Origin: Bacteroidaceae bacterium
GTDB taxonomy: Bacteria > Bacteroidota > Bacteroidia > Bacteroidales > Bacteroidaceae
Assembly (NCBI GenBank): GCA_045591315.1
Contig: JAZNSN010000026.1
Span: forward strand, 48,170 to 112,169
Reading direction: 5' to 3'
Length of the DNA: 64,000 nucleotides
The notes beneath the pieces were generated by a model that had not been told where the DNA came from, did no database searches, and saw only the letters and a list, made by a program, of their open reading frames with translations. Positions within the stretch are counted from its first letter, which is position 1. Every line of letters begins with the position of its first letter. Below are positions 8,735-16,697 of the stretch, one piece after another. Position numbers and translations under genes: made by a program.

Positions 8735-11608
8735 TTATTCAATGTAGTCTTTTTCTTCTTTATATTTTCTCTTCTCGTTCTCCTCTTCGTTCTCCTCTTC
8801 GTTATCACCGTAGTCCGGTTCGTCAAGCGTGTAGCCGTCAATCTCGACTTCCGGTATTGCCTGAAGATTCTCCTCGTAGAACTTCTGGTAGTCCTCGAAG
8901 GTGTAATACTGCAATAACAATTCAAGGTTCGATTTTGATATGATAAAGGAGTTTATTCCCTCCAATATTCTTGCGGTCTCCTTGCTTGCATAGAGCCTCT
9001 TCCTGTAGAGGAACACTTCATCGAAATTCAAGAATGTCTTTACTTCAAGCAATGTTATCTGTGCCAGTCTCTCGAACGACATCTCGAAACTGCGGACCAT
9101 GTAGCGTGAGAAGTTGTAACGTGCCATTTCGAACAGCAGGCGGTTTTCGTCGAGCGAGTCATTCGGGAATGCCAGAACAAAGTAGTAAGGTTCGTTGCGC
9201 TCTGCCTTAAATTCAGGGATGCTGTCTGCTCCTTCACGCATTGTCCCGTCTGCCTTGCGGCTCCAGATAGATGTTGATATGCCGCTCTGCAAGAGCCTTC
9301 CTTCCTTGAGTCCGGTCGTTATGTCTCCGGCAATCTTGCTTATGCTGTCGCTTGAGAACGCAGCGACAAGCTCTGCGAGTGCCGTCATGGCCTCTTCTCT
9401 CTTTCCGCTATACAGCTTTGCCATAGCATCGATGAACATAAATCGTGCCCTGTGATTCCCTTTCGGGTACTTCTTGCTTGCAATGCTATTCTCTGTCTCA
9501 ACATCGGCATACTCAAGATTGTTGTAGTGAGTGTATGCTTTTACATACATCGAGTCCTCGTTATGCTTGCGTACGGCCGCACTCTCGAAGAAGTCCGGGT
9601 CCTGTATTCTCTTTGTTATTGAACTGTCGGGATACTCTGCCATCAGAAGGGCTCTGTAATGGTCTGCCTTTTCCGGTTCGTCCCAGCGCGAACAAGCGAC
9701 AAAAAGCTGATAGTATGTTTCTGCCAGCCTTTCATACTCCTTGTATTCGTTTGCAAGGCGTTCAAGGTACGACAGTGTCAGTTTCTTGTCATTTACCTTG
9801 TCCTTGAAGCGTACTCCGGCTTCAAACAGGGCATTGCTCAGGGCCTTGTGGGCTGCATCTTTCTGCTCTTCTGTAACAGGAATCTGCTGTATGTAGTATT
9901 CACGTGTCGTCGGGTCTGTTGACAATGAATCATTTACGGCAGTGTCAATACTGTCGTCAAGGGGTATGCTGTCATTCATCAACGAGTCTGTCATCAACGA
10001 GTCGTTGGCGAGGCTGTCCTCCATTTCGATGCCATTATCCATAAGCGATGCAATCTCGTGGCTGAATCTCCAATAGTCCTTAAGCTCCCTGTTACCCCAT
10101 TTCTGCTTGAACATGCGTATTCCTTGTGATACTGTCTGAGGATTGTAGAAGTACCACTTTTGCCTGTCTTCGAAGTCCATCGGGGCCATTCCCGCCATGG
10201 TATTGGCATTGTCAAGTTCGTTGATGCTCTCCTGTCTGGCTTTCTTTTCCTCTTTCTTCCTGAGTTTCTCCTTGTGCTTTTCCTCCTCTATGAGCTTGTC
10301 TATGATAGGATATAGCTTGTCGGGGGGGAGGGTCGCCCAATATAGCAACTCGCTCTGTTTCTCTACTATGTCGGTGTATTGTACCAGCTCGCCCAGCACA
10401 TTGTTGCGGAATGTTATCTCTTCATAACCTGGGGTCTCCTCGTTAAGCAAGGGCAGTGCCTTGCTGTAGTTGTCGTATGACTTTGAGAATTTCTGCTGCT
10501 CCCAGTATATTTTTGCCAGCGAAAGGTGCAGCATACCGGTTCCGTAGCCGCCGGATGCCCCCTCGACTATTCCTGTTTCATAAGCCTTTACTGCTTCTGC
10601 TGTATCTTTCTGGCTCATGTGTATGTTGCCTATCGCATAATATACCTGTGACAAGTAATCCTTGTTCTTTGGCGACTTTGACATCCTTTTAAGCTTGCGC
10701 AGTATTGACTTGTGGTTCTCGTCCGTTGCAGTCTCGGTCTGTCTTATACGTGCATTGAACTCAAGCTCGTAGGGAGGACTTTTTGAGATAACTTTCCCAA
10801 AGCTCTTGTACGCGGCTTTCTTGTTGCCGCTCTTTGCATGCAATTGACCGATAAGGTAATGCTCCCTGGCTTTTTCAAGGCTGGAGATGTCCTTACGCTT
10901 CATGCCTTTTGAGATCTCTTCTACTGCTTCTTTGTATTTTTCCTGCTTAATCAGCAGGAATCCTTTCGCATGTGCATACTCTTCTTTAAGGGACGATGGT
11001 ATGGTGTCGCGCTGTATGCGCTGAAGAAGGTCCTCTGCTTCATATAGCCAGTCCATTTCTACATAACATTTGGCGAGCCCTATCCTTGCCATTGCGACAA
11101 GTTTCGGGTTTTCTTCATATAGCTTTGAGATGTATATATATGTACTGGCAGCTTCGGTGAATTCTCCTTTATGGAACTGTGAATTGGCCATCATGAACCA
11201 TGCGCGCCACAAGAACGGGTTGAACTCTTTCTTGGAGTAGAATCGTTTCTGTTTAGGCGTAAGTTTCTTTCCTACCGGACGCTTCGGTTTCCTCTTTATG
11301 GAGTGTGTCTTTATAGCCTTCTGCGATTTCTCTATTGCACGGTCGAATTCGCTTTTGCCGACACCTTGTGTCTCCTTGCTGCTTACAATTAGCAACGGAA
11401 GCTGTTCAAGGTAGTTGTCCTTGTGCGCATCCACTTGCGCGTTGATGCCCTTCTCGTATGCGACATTTCCATTGTAGAAAGTGTTGTAGCGTGCAAAAAA
11501 CGAGTGGTATGCGCGTGTCGTGGCGGTGTTCTTCTTTTTCTTTGACGAGCAGCCATGCAAGCATGATGCAAGTACGAACAGCGATATGTATATAATATAT
11601 CTTTTCAC
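8735..11608 (-). CDS. TPR-repeat lipoprotein, PorW/SprE-like (957 aa)
   Basis: It has a lipobox (LFVLASCLHGC). The N-terminal pattern RAYHSFFARYNTFYNGNVAYEKG resembles the SprE/PorW N-terminus as I remember it. The protein has long TPR-like helical repeats and an acidic tail (NEEENEEENE), and it is adjacent to porX. Confidence 0.5.
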   Translation of the reverse strand: MKRYIIYISLFVLASCLHGCSSKKKKNTATTRAYHSFFARYNTFYNGNVAYEKGINAQVDAHKDNYLEQLPLLIVSSKETQGVGKSEFDRAIEKSQKAIKTHSIKRKPKRPVGKKLTPKQKRFYSKKEFNPFLWRAWFMMANSQFHKGEFTEAASTYIYISKLYEENPKLVAMARIGLAKCYVEMDWLYEAEDLLQRIQRDTIPSSLKEEYAHAKGFLLIKQEKYKEAVEEISKGMKRKDISSLEKAREHYLIGQLHAKSGNKKAAYKSFGKVISKSPPYELEFNARIRQTETATDENHKSILRKLKRMSKSPKNKDYLSQVYYAIGNIHMSQKDTAEAVKAYETGIVEGASGGYGTGMLHLSLAKIYWEQQKFSKSYDNYSKALPLLNEETPGYEEITFRNNVLGELVQYTDIVEKQSELLYWATLPPDKLYPIIDKLIEEEKHKEKLRKKEEKKARQESINELDNANTMAGMAPMDFEDRQKWYFYNPQTVSQGIRMFKQKWGNRELKDYWRFSHEIASLMDNGIEMEDSLANDSLMTDSLMNDSIPLDDSIDTAVNDSLSTDPTTREYYIQQIPVTEEQKDAAHKALSNALFEAGVRFKDKVNDKKLTLSYLERLANEYKEYERLAETYYQLFVACSRWDEPEKADHYRALLMAEYPDSSITKRIQDPDFFESAAVRKHNEDSMYVKAYTHYNNLEYADVETENSIASKKYPKGNHRARFMFIDAMAKLYSGKREEAMTALAELVAAFSSDSISKIAGDITTGLKEGRLLQSGISTSIWSRKADGTMREGADSIPEFKAERNEPYYFVLAFPNDSLDENRLLFEMARYNFSRYMVRSFEMSFERLAQITLLEVKTFLNFDEVFLYRKRLYASKETARILEGINSFIISKSNLELLLQYYTFEDYQKFYEENLQAIPEVEIDGYTLDEPDYGDNEEENEEENEKRKYKEEKDYIE

Positions 11609-11638
11609 AATCTTATGTTATATGTCCGTTTATGCTGT

Positions 11639-12016
11639 TTATTGGAGCATGAGAAGTATCTCTTCCTTGACCTCCTTCGGAATCTCTATCCCTCTTGTCT
11701 GCAGACAGTGTACCCATGTGTCAATCTCTTCGGTTCTCATAGTGTAAAGAATGTTTCTGAATTCTTCGGCATCATCTTCGGAGTACTCTTCGGCCTTGAC
11801 ACCCTTGAACCGGTCCAGTTCCTCGTCGTCGAAGTAGAGATTGCTGTTATCATATCCTTTGGCACAGTTGGTGTGCTTGCCACAGCAAACTCCATCTTCC
11901 GTCCCGTGGTCGTGGTGGTCGTCAACGGCCGGCTTGTTGCGGTTGAATCTCTTAAGTATGAAAAAACCTGCAATTATAAGCAATAGAATGCTTCCCAATA
12001 TTATTGTATCTTTCAT
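11639..12016 (-). CDS. Small membrane-anchored His/Cys-rich protein (125 aa)
   Basis: One N-terminal TM helix (ILGSILLLIIAGFFIL) is followed by DDHHDHGTEDGVCCGKHTNC and then an acidic helical tail. Confidence 0.55.
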   Translation of the reverse strand: MKDTIILGSILLLIIAGFFILKRFNRNKPAVDDHHDHGTEDGVCCGKHTNCAKGYDNSNLYFDDEELDRFKGVKAEEYSEDDAEEFRNILYTMRTEEIDTWVHCLQTRGIEIPKEVKEEILLMLQ

Positions 12017-12339
12017 GTCTCTCTTCAGAAAGGTGTCCTATTTCTGCAAAGTTATGCATTTAAATTGAGCTTTTACTTTAATGAAACGATAAATTTATAA
12101 TTATATTATATATAGCACGGATGTTTGATCGCAGTCTGACAAAATGATATTCATTGCTTTTGTGTGCTTTTTACGATGTTGTTTGCTGTTTTTTGCTTTT
12201 CTGCTAAAAAAATGCCAATATTTTGCTTGTTGTAAATATAAAATTGTATCTTCGCCAGTCGATGTTTCGATTTTTTTGTCAACGGATGTGTTTGGCAAAA
12301 TGACAGTAAATTAAGTTAAACTATTAAAAATAAAGAGAA

Positions 12340-12924
12340 ATGGATAAATTCAGTTATGGTCTTGGCATGGGAATTGGCCAGAACTTGCTTTCTATGGGAG
12401 TAAAGAACATGAATGTGGAGGACTTTATCAAGGGTATCAACGATGTCCTGAAGGGCGAGAAACTTGAAATGACGCATGCCGAGGCACAGAAGGTTGTGAA
12501 TGAACACTTCAAGCAGTTGGCCGAAGAGGCATATGCACAGAATAAGGCAAGCGGTGAGGCTTTCCTTGCCGAAAACGCAAAGAAGGAGGGTGTGGTTACA
12601 TTGCCTAGCGGCCTGCAGTATGAGGTCATAACTGAAGGCTCCGGAAAGCAACCTTCTGCAACCGACCGTGTACAGTGTCACTACGAAGGAACGTTGATTG
12701 ACGGTACGGTGTTCGACAGTTCTATCAAGCGAGGCGAGCCTGCTGTGTTTGGCGTGAACCAGGTTATCCGAGGCTGGGTAGAGGCTCTTCAGCTCATGAA
12801 AGAGGGTGCTAAATGGCGTCTGTACATTCCTTACGATATGGCATACGGCGAGCACGGTGCCGGTGAGATGATACCGCCGTACAGCGCTCTTGTATTCGAG
12901 GTGGAACTTATAAAAGTACTCTGA
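12340..12924 (+). CDS. FKBP-type peptidyl-prolyl cis-trans isomerase
   Basis: The FKBP domain motifs VHYEGTLIDGTVFDSS...GVNQVIRGWVEAL...IPPYSALVFEVELI are present. Confidence 0.9.
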   Translation: MDKFSYGLGMGIGQNLLSMGVKNMNVEDFIKGINDVLKGEKLEMTHAEAQKVVNEHFKQLAEEAYAQNKASGEAFLAENAKKEGVVTLPSGLQYEVITEGSGKQPSATDRVQCHYEGTLIDGTVFDSSIKRGEPAVFGVNQVIRGWVEALQLMKEGAKWRLYIPYDMAYGEHGAGEMIPPYSALVFEVELIKVL

Positions 12925-12931
12925 TTCTCCG

Positions 12932-13777
12932 ATGAAAAGGGTAATTTGTGCGTTTCTTGCAGGTGCGGCGGCTGTTATTGCCGTGAACTTTTTCATGGGA
13001 GGCAAATCCGGCATATCGGACAATAAAGTGGAATTGAAAAGCATGGGCGATTCGCTCTCATTTGCTGTAAGCATGATGATCGGCGAGGATATTCCCCTTA
13101 AAATGCATGATGTGGGCATAGACTCCGCTAACATCGATGACTTTGTACGTGGCTTGTGCGATGCTTTTCCGGCAGATGATACTCCGGAATCGAGGGCTTA
13201 TGCCAACGGTGTGCTTGTCGCGTCATCGGCTATGGAGATGATGCAGCTTGCCGATAAAGCCATATATCCCGATGATACAATCAACAAAGTTGACCGCAAA
13301 CTTTTCCTTGAGGGGCTGAAAGCGGCAACGTACCGCAGCGGAAAGACAATGACTCTTGATGATGCGAAAGATTATTATAACCAGCATGTTTTCCGCGCCA
13401 AGAGCGAAGAGTTCATAAGGAAGAACATTGGGCGTCCTGGTGTGAATAGCCTTCCTTCTGGAGTGCAGTACAAGATTGAGGTCGCCGGAACAGGGGAGAC
13501 AGCTGGCTATAACGATGTGGTGAGATGTGTCTATAAGGGTACATATCCCAATGGTGCCGTATTCGATTCTTCACGGGGCTTTGCTGTGGAGAAACGTGTG
13601 AGCGAGATGGCTCCCGGCCTTGCAGAGGCTGTCATGTCATTGCCTTCCGGTACGAAATGCAAGGTGTATATTCCTTGGGAGCAGGGCTATGGCGCAGAAG
13701 GTACACGACATGTTGCTCCGTACAGTGCGTTGGTATATGATCTTGAGATTGTCGAGATTGTTCCAGGCAAGCAATGA
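12932..13777 (+). CDS. FKBP-type peptidyl-prolyl isomerase with N-terminal anchor/dimerisation region (FkpA-like)
   Basis: It has a hydrophobic N-terminus and a C-terminal FKBP domain (VYKGTYPNGAVFDSS...APYSALVYDLEIVEI). Confidence 0.85.
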   Translation: MKRVICAFLAGAAAVIAVNFFMGGKSGISDNKVELKSMGDSLSFAVSMMIGEDIPLKMHDVGIDSANIDDFVRGLCDAFPADDTPESRAYANGVLVASSAMEMMQLADKAIYPDDTINKVDRKLFLEGLKAATYRSGKTMTLDDAKDYYNQHVFRAKSEEFIRKNIGRPGVNSLPSGVQYKIEVAGTGETAGYNDVVRCVYKGTYPNGAVFDSSRGFAVEKRVSEMAPGLAEAVMSLPSGTKCKVYIPWEQGYGAEGTRHVAPYSALVYDLEIVEIVPGKQ

Positions 13778-13865
13778 GAGCGGCATAGACGCTGTTCAGG
13801 AGTTCTGACAGCTGTATGACTTTTCCAATTAATTCAAAAAACTGATTCTTATTAACTGACTGAAT

Positions 13866-14333
13866 ATGAAAAATACAGAATGCAAGGTTGATGCTCTAGA
13901 CCTTAAAATATTGAGTATCATTTCAAAGGATGCAAGAATTCCTTTCCGTAACGTGGCAGAACTATGTGGAGTTTCACGCGCGGCCATTCATCTGCGCGTA
14001 CAGCATCTTATCGATATGGGTATAATTTCGGGCTCATGCTATGAGATTGATGTACGCCGTCTTGGCTATAAGACCTGCACGTATATTGGCGTGCGTCTTG
14101 AGCGTGGTTCAATGTACAAGGAGGTTGTAGAGCGTCTGCGCGAGATACCCGAAGTTGTTGAGTGCTGCTACACAACAGGCCCTTATTCAATACTTGCAAA
14201 GATGTACTCCCATGACAATGAGCATCTTATGACTCTTCTGAACGGACGTGTCCAGGAGATACCGGGCATTGTCAGCACCGAGACAATGATAGTCCTTGAC
14301 CATAGTATAAAGCGAAATATGCCTATGGAGTAA
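13866..14333 (+). CDS. Lrp/AsnC-family transcriptional regulator
   Basis: An N-terminal HTH (LDLKILSIISKDARIPFRNVAELCGVSRAAIHLRV) is followed by an RAM-like C-terminal domain. Length is 155 aa. Confidence 0.85.
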   Translation: MKNTECKVDALDLKILSIISKDARIPFRNVAELCGVSRAAIHLRVQHLIDMGIISGSCYEIDVRRLGYKTCTYIGVRLERGSMYKEVVERLREIPEVVECCYTTGPYSILAKMYSHDNEHLMTLLNGRVQEIPGIVSTETMIVLDHSIKRNMPME

Positions 14334-14381
14334 CAGCCGGTGCCAGTCGTGGCGGCTTTACTGCATGGTGAAACATAACGT

Positions 14382-14419
14382 CCCGTACTGTGGTTCGGCA
14401 ATCACAGTACGGGGCTTTT
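14382..14419 (+). terminator. Intrinsic terminator after the AsnC-family gene
   Basis: An 11-bp stem (cccgtactgtg / cacagtacggg) with a 10-nt loop is followed by cttttat. It lies inside the 5' extension of ORF 14390. Confidence 0.6.
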
Positions 14420-14434
14420 ATAATCCAGAAACGC

Positions 14435-16201
14435 ATGAAAAAGGACAAGTTCAATTTTATGGCTGAACGTAAGGCGCTCCATTCAGCCTTCCCTTTGGCG
14501 GAGCCCCGCCCTGTAATAGGTATAACGGCAAATTTCCGTGACGGCAATGCTGCACTTGCCGAAGCGTATTACGCGTCGGTGCTAGAGGCTGGCGGTACTC
14601 CGTTCATAATCCCGCCTTATGCGAACCGCGAAGCATTGGTTGAGACGCTTAAGCATATCGACGCCCTGTTGCTTACAGGTGGTGCGGATATAGATCCCCG
14701 TTACATGGGCGAAGCTCCGGATTACGCTCTCTTGCATGCTATAAATCCGAAACGTGACGAACAGGAGATTCTTTTGACGTGTCTTGCCGATGACCGTTCG
14801 CTGCCGATACTTGGGATATGCCGTGGAGTACAGGTTCTTGCCGTGGCTTTTGGCGGAAAGGTGTATCAGGACCAAGGTGCCGGTATGGGCCGTGAGTTGC
14901 TTGTCCATGACCAGGAACCGGCAGAACGACATGTGGCGACTCACGATGTTTCATTTGTACATGACAGCATGCTTGCCCGTCTGTTCGGTTGCGAAAGTAT
15001 AGCTGTAAACAGTTTTCATCACCAGTCGGTGAGTGCTGTACCTTGTGGATTTGCCGTAACCGCCGTGTCGCCCGATGGGGTGATAGAGGCAATAGAGGCT
15101 GTTGACGGCCGTTCGATAATTGGAGTACAGTGGCATCCCGAATCCTTTGTCATGAACGACGATCGCTGTATGATGCCTATTTTCGAGTGGCTTGTAAGCG
15201 AAGCATCATTGTATCGTAGGGCAAAGGAAATTCATTCAAGGACAGTTACTCTCGATTCACATTGTGACACTCCGATGCTGTTTGAAAAAGGCTATAGGCT
15301 TGAGGAGAGAAGTGAAGTTGCGCTCGTCGATCTGCACAAGATGGACGAAGGCGGGCTTGATGCCGTGACTATGGTTGCTTATATACCTCAGGGCGCACGT
15401 GACGAAAATGCACTTGCAGAGGCAACACGATATGCCGACACTTTGTTGGGAGAGATTGCAGCCCAGGTGGAAAGGAACAGAGAAAATGTAGCTCTGTGTG
15501 ATTCTCCCGATGACGTAAATCTCTATAAACGAAGTGGCAAGAAAGTGGTAATGCGAGGTATAGAGAACGGTTATGCTATCGGAAAGGATATAGCCAATGT
15601 ACGCCGTTATAGGGATATGGGGGTTGTATATATGACCTTGTGCCACAATGGTGACAACGATATTTGTGACTCTGCGAGAGGTAATGGTGAGCATGGCGGC
15701 TTGAGCGTTTTCGGGCAGGAAGTCGTAAAGGAGATGAACCGCGTGGGTATGGTCATTGACTTGTCACATGCGGCAGAGAGCACTTTCTGGCAAGTGCTGG
15801 AACTTAGCTCGGCGCCTGTTGTCTGTTCTCACTCCTCTTGCAAGGCTTTGTGCAATCATCCGCGCAACCTTGCCGATGAGCAGATGGCAGCATTGGCATC
15901 TAAGGGTGGAGTGGTGCAGGTAACTATGTACGACGGCTTTTTGTGTGAGGACGGTGAGGCGACTATCGGTGACTTCATGATGCATCTTGAACATGCCATA
16001 TCTGTTGCTGGTATAGAGCATGTGGGTATCGGTACCGATTTTGACGGCGACGGTGCTGTAAAAGGCTGTTCGAGTGCATCTCAGCTACGTAACATAACCC
16101 GTGAACTGTTGCGAAGAGGGTATAGCGAAGAGGATATCAGGAAAATTTGGGGAGCCAACTGGTTGCGTGTGATTAGAACGGTTCAAACTGCCGCCGATTG
16201 A
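14435..16201 (+). CDS. Fusion protein: class-I glutamine amidotransferase / peptidase C26 (PuuD-like gamma-glutamyl hydrolase) + peptidase M19 membrane dipeptidase
   Basis: The N-terminal half has the nucleophile elbow LGICRGVQVL and the motif GVQWHPE. The C-terminal half has TLDSHCDTP, VIDLSHA and GIGTDFDG, which are typical of M19. I moved the start to the ATG at 14435 because the GTG at 14390 lies inside the upstream terminator. Confidence 0.75.
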   Translation: MKKDKFNFMAERKALHSAFPLAEPRPVIGITANFRDGNAALAEAYYASVLEAGGTPFIIPPYANREALVETLKHIDALLLTGGADIDPRYMGEAPDYALLHAINPKRDEQEILLTCLADDRSLPILGICRGVQVLAVAFGGKVYQDQGAGMGRELLVHDQEPAERHVATHDVSFVHDSMLARLFGCESIAVNSFHHQSVSAVPCGFAVTAVSPDGVIEAIEAVDGRSIIGVQWHPESFVMNDDRCMMPIFEWLVSEASLYRRAKEIHSRTVTLDSHCDTPMLFEKGYRLEERSEVALVDLHKMDEGGLDAVTMVAYIPQGARDENALAEATRYADTLLGEIAAQVERNRENVALCDSPDDVNLYKRSGKKVVMRGIENGYAIGKDIANVRRYRDMGVVYMTLCHNGDNDICDSARGNGEHGGLSVFGQEVVKEMNRVGMVIDLSHAAESTFWQVLELSSAPVVCSHSSCKALCNHPRNLADEQMAALASKGGVVQVTMYDGFLCEDGEATIGDFMMHLEHAISVAGIEHVGIGTDFDGDGAVKGCSSASQLRNITRELLRRGYSEEDIRKIWGANWLRVIRTVQTAAD

Positions 16202-16276
16202 CATTGGTGCAACTCAGCACCGCTTCTTGTGCGGTAGTTGCCCAAAAGGTGTTGAAAAAGGTGTTGAAGAAAAATA

Positions 16277-16310
16277 AAAATGGTTCTACAGATATTTGTA
16301 GAACCATTTT
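16277..16310. terminator. Bidirectional terminator (dipeptidase fusion gene / tRNA-Pro)
   Basis: A 13-bp perfect stem (aaaatggttctac / gtagaaccatttt) is flanked by A-runs and T-runs, and it sits 5 nt from the tRNA 3' end. Confidence 0.7.
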
Positions 16311-16314
16311 GTTG

Positions 16315-16389
16315 TCGGGATGACTGGATTCGAACCAGCGACCACACGCCCCCCAGACGCGTACTCTAACCGGGCTGAGCTACATCCCG
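16315..16389 (-). tRNA. tRNA-Pro (anticodon GGG), 75 nt, no encoded CCA
   Basis: The reverse complement reads CGGGATGTAGCTCAGCCCGGTTAGAGTACGCGTCTGGGGGGCGTGTGGTCGCTGGTTCGAATCCAGTCATCCCGA. The acceptor stem is CGGGATG/CATCCCG and the T-loop is TTCGAAT. The anticodon loop CTGGGGG has T33 and G37. Confidence 0.9.
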
Positions 16390-16404
16390 CTCTGTTTGCG
16401 TCTG

Positions 16405-16412
16405 CAAAGGTA
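16405..16412 (-). promoter_or_regulatory. -7 box (TACCTTTG on the minus strand) for tRNA-Pro
   Basis: This is an exact TAnnTTTG match, 16 nt upstream of the mature tRNA 5' end. Confidence 0.45.
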
Positions 16413-16697
16413 TGAATTTTTTTGTCAATAAACAACAAGGTTTGAAGAATTTATTTTTCTTGCAGCTGAGAATTCGTTGCAGATAATTGCCATAGGTCGA
16501 ATTCGTGTTCTGTTTTTGATGAAAGTTTTGCCGATGCGGAATCTTGTTTATGTGTAAGTATTCCGGCATTGGTTGACAGCGTGCAATAAAATAATGCTCT
16601 CGTATTGAGATTTTAAACTTTATTTTGTTTCTTTGCATAATGCAATTTTATCCTTTGGATAAAGATGCGATAATATAGATCTGAAAATTTTTGGATT

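Noticed and set aside
8776-8799. There is a tandem 12-nt repeat (cgttctcctctt x2) near the 3' end of the PorW-like gene.
   Set aside because: It simply encodes the acidic tail (EENEEENE) in frame, and it is too short and too low in copy number to be a CRISPR array or VNTR of interest.
12316-13134. A 272-aa ORF on the minus strand spans both FKBP genes.
   Set aside because: The plus strand encodes two unmistakable FKBP isomerases with canonical motifs. The antisense translation is Cys/His/Leu-rich with no motif and crosses the intergenic gap, so it is a shadow ORF.
16245-16268. There is a tandem 12-nt repeat (aaaggtgttgaa x2) downstream of the dipeptidase fusion gene.
   Set aside because: It has only two copies in a non-coding spacer next to a clear terminator, and no evidence of function.
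16366-16638. A 90-aa ORF overlaps the tRNA-Pro gene.
   Set aside because: It overlaps a well-formed tRNA and runs through an AT-rich promoter region, and the predicted protein is Lys/Phe-rich nonsense.
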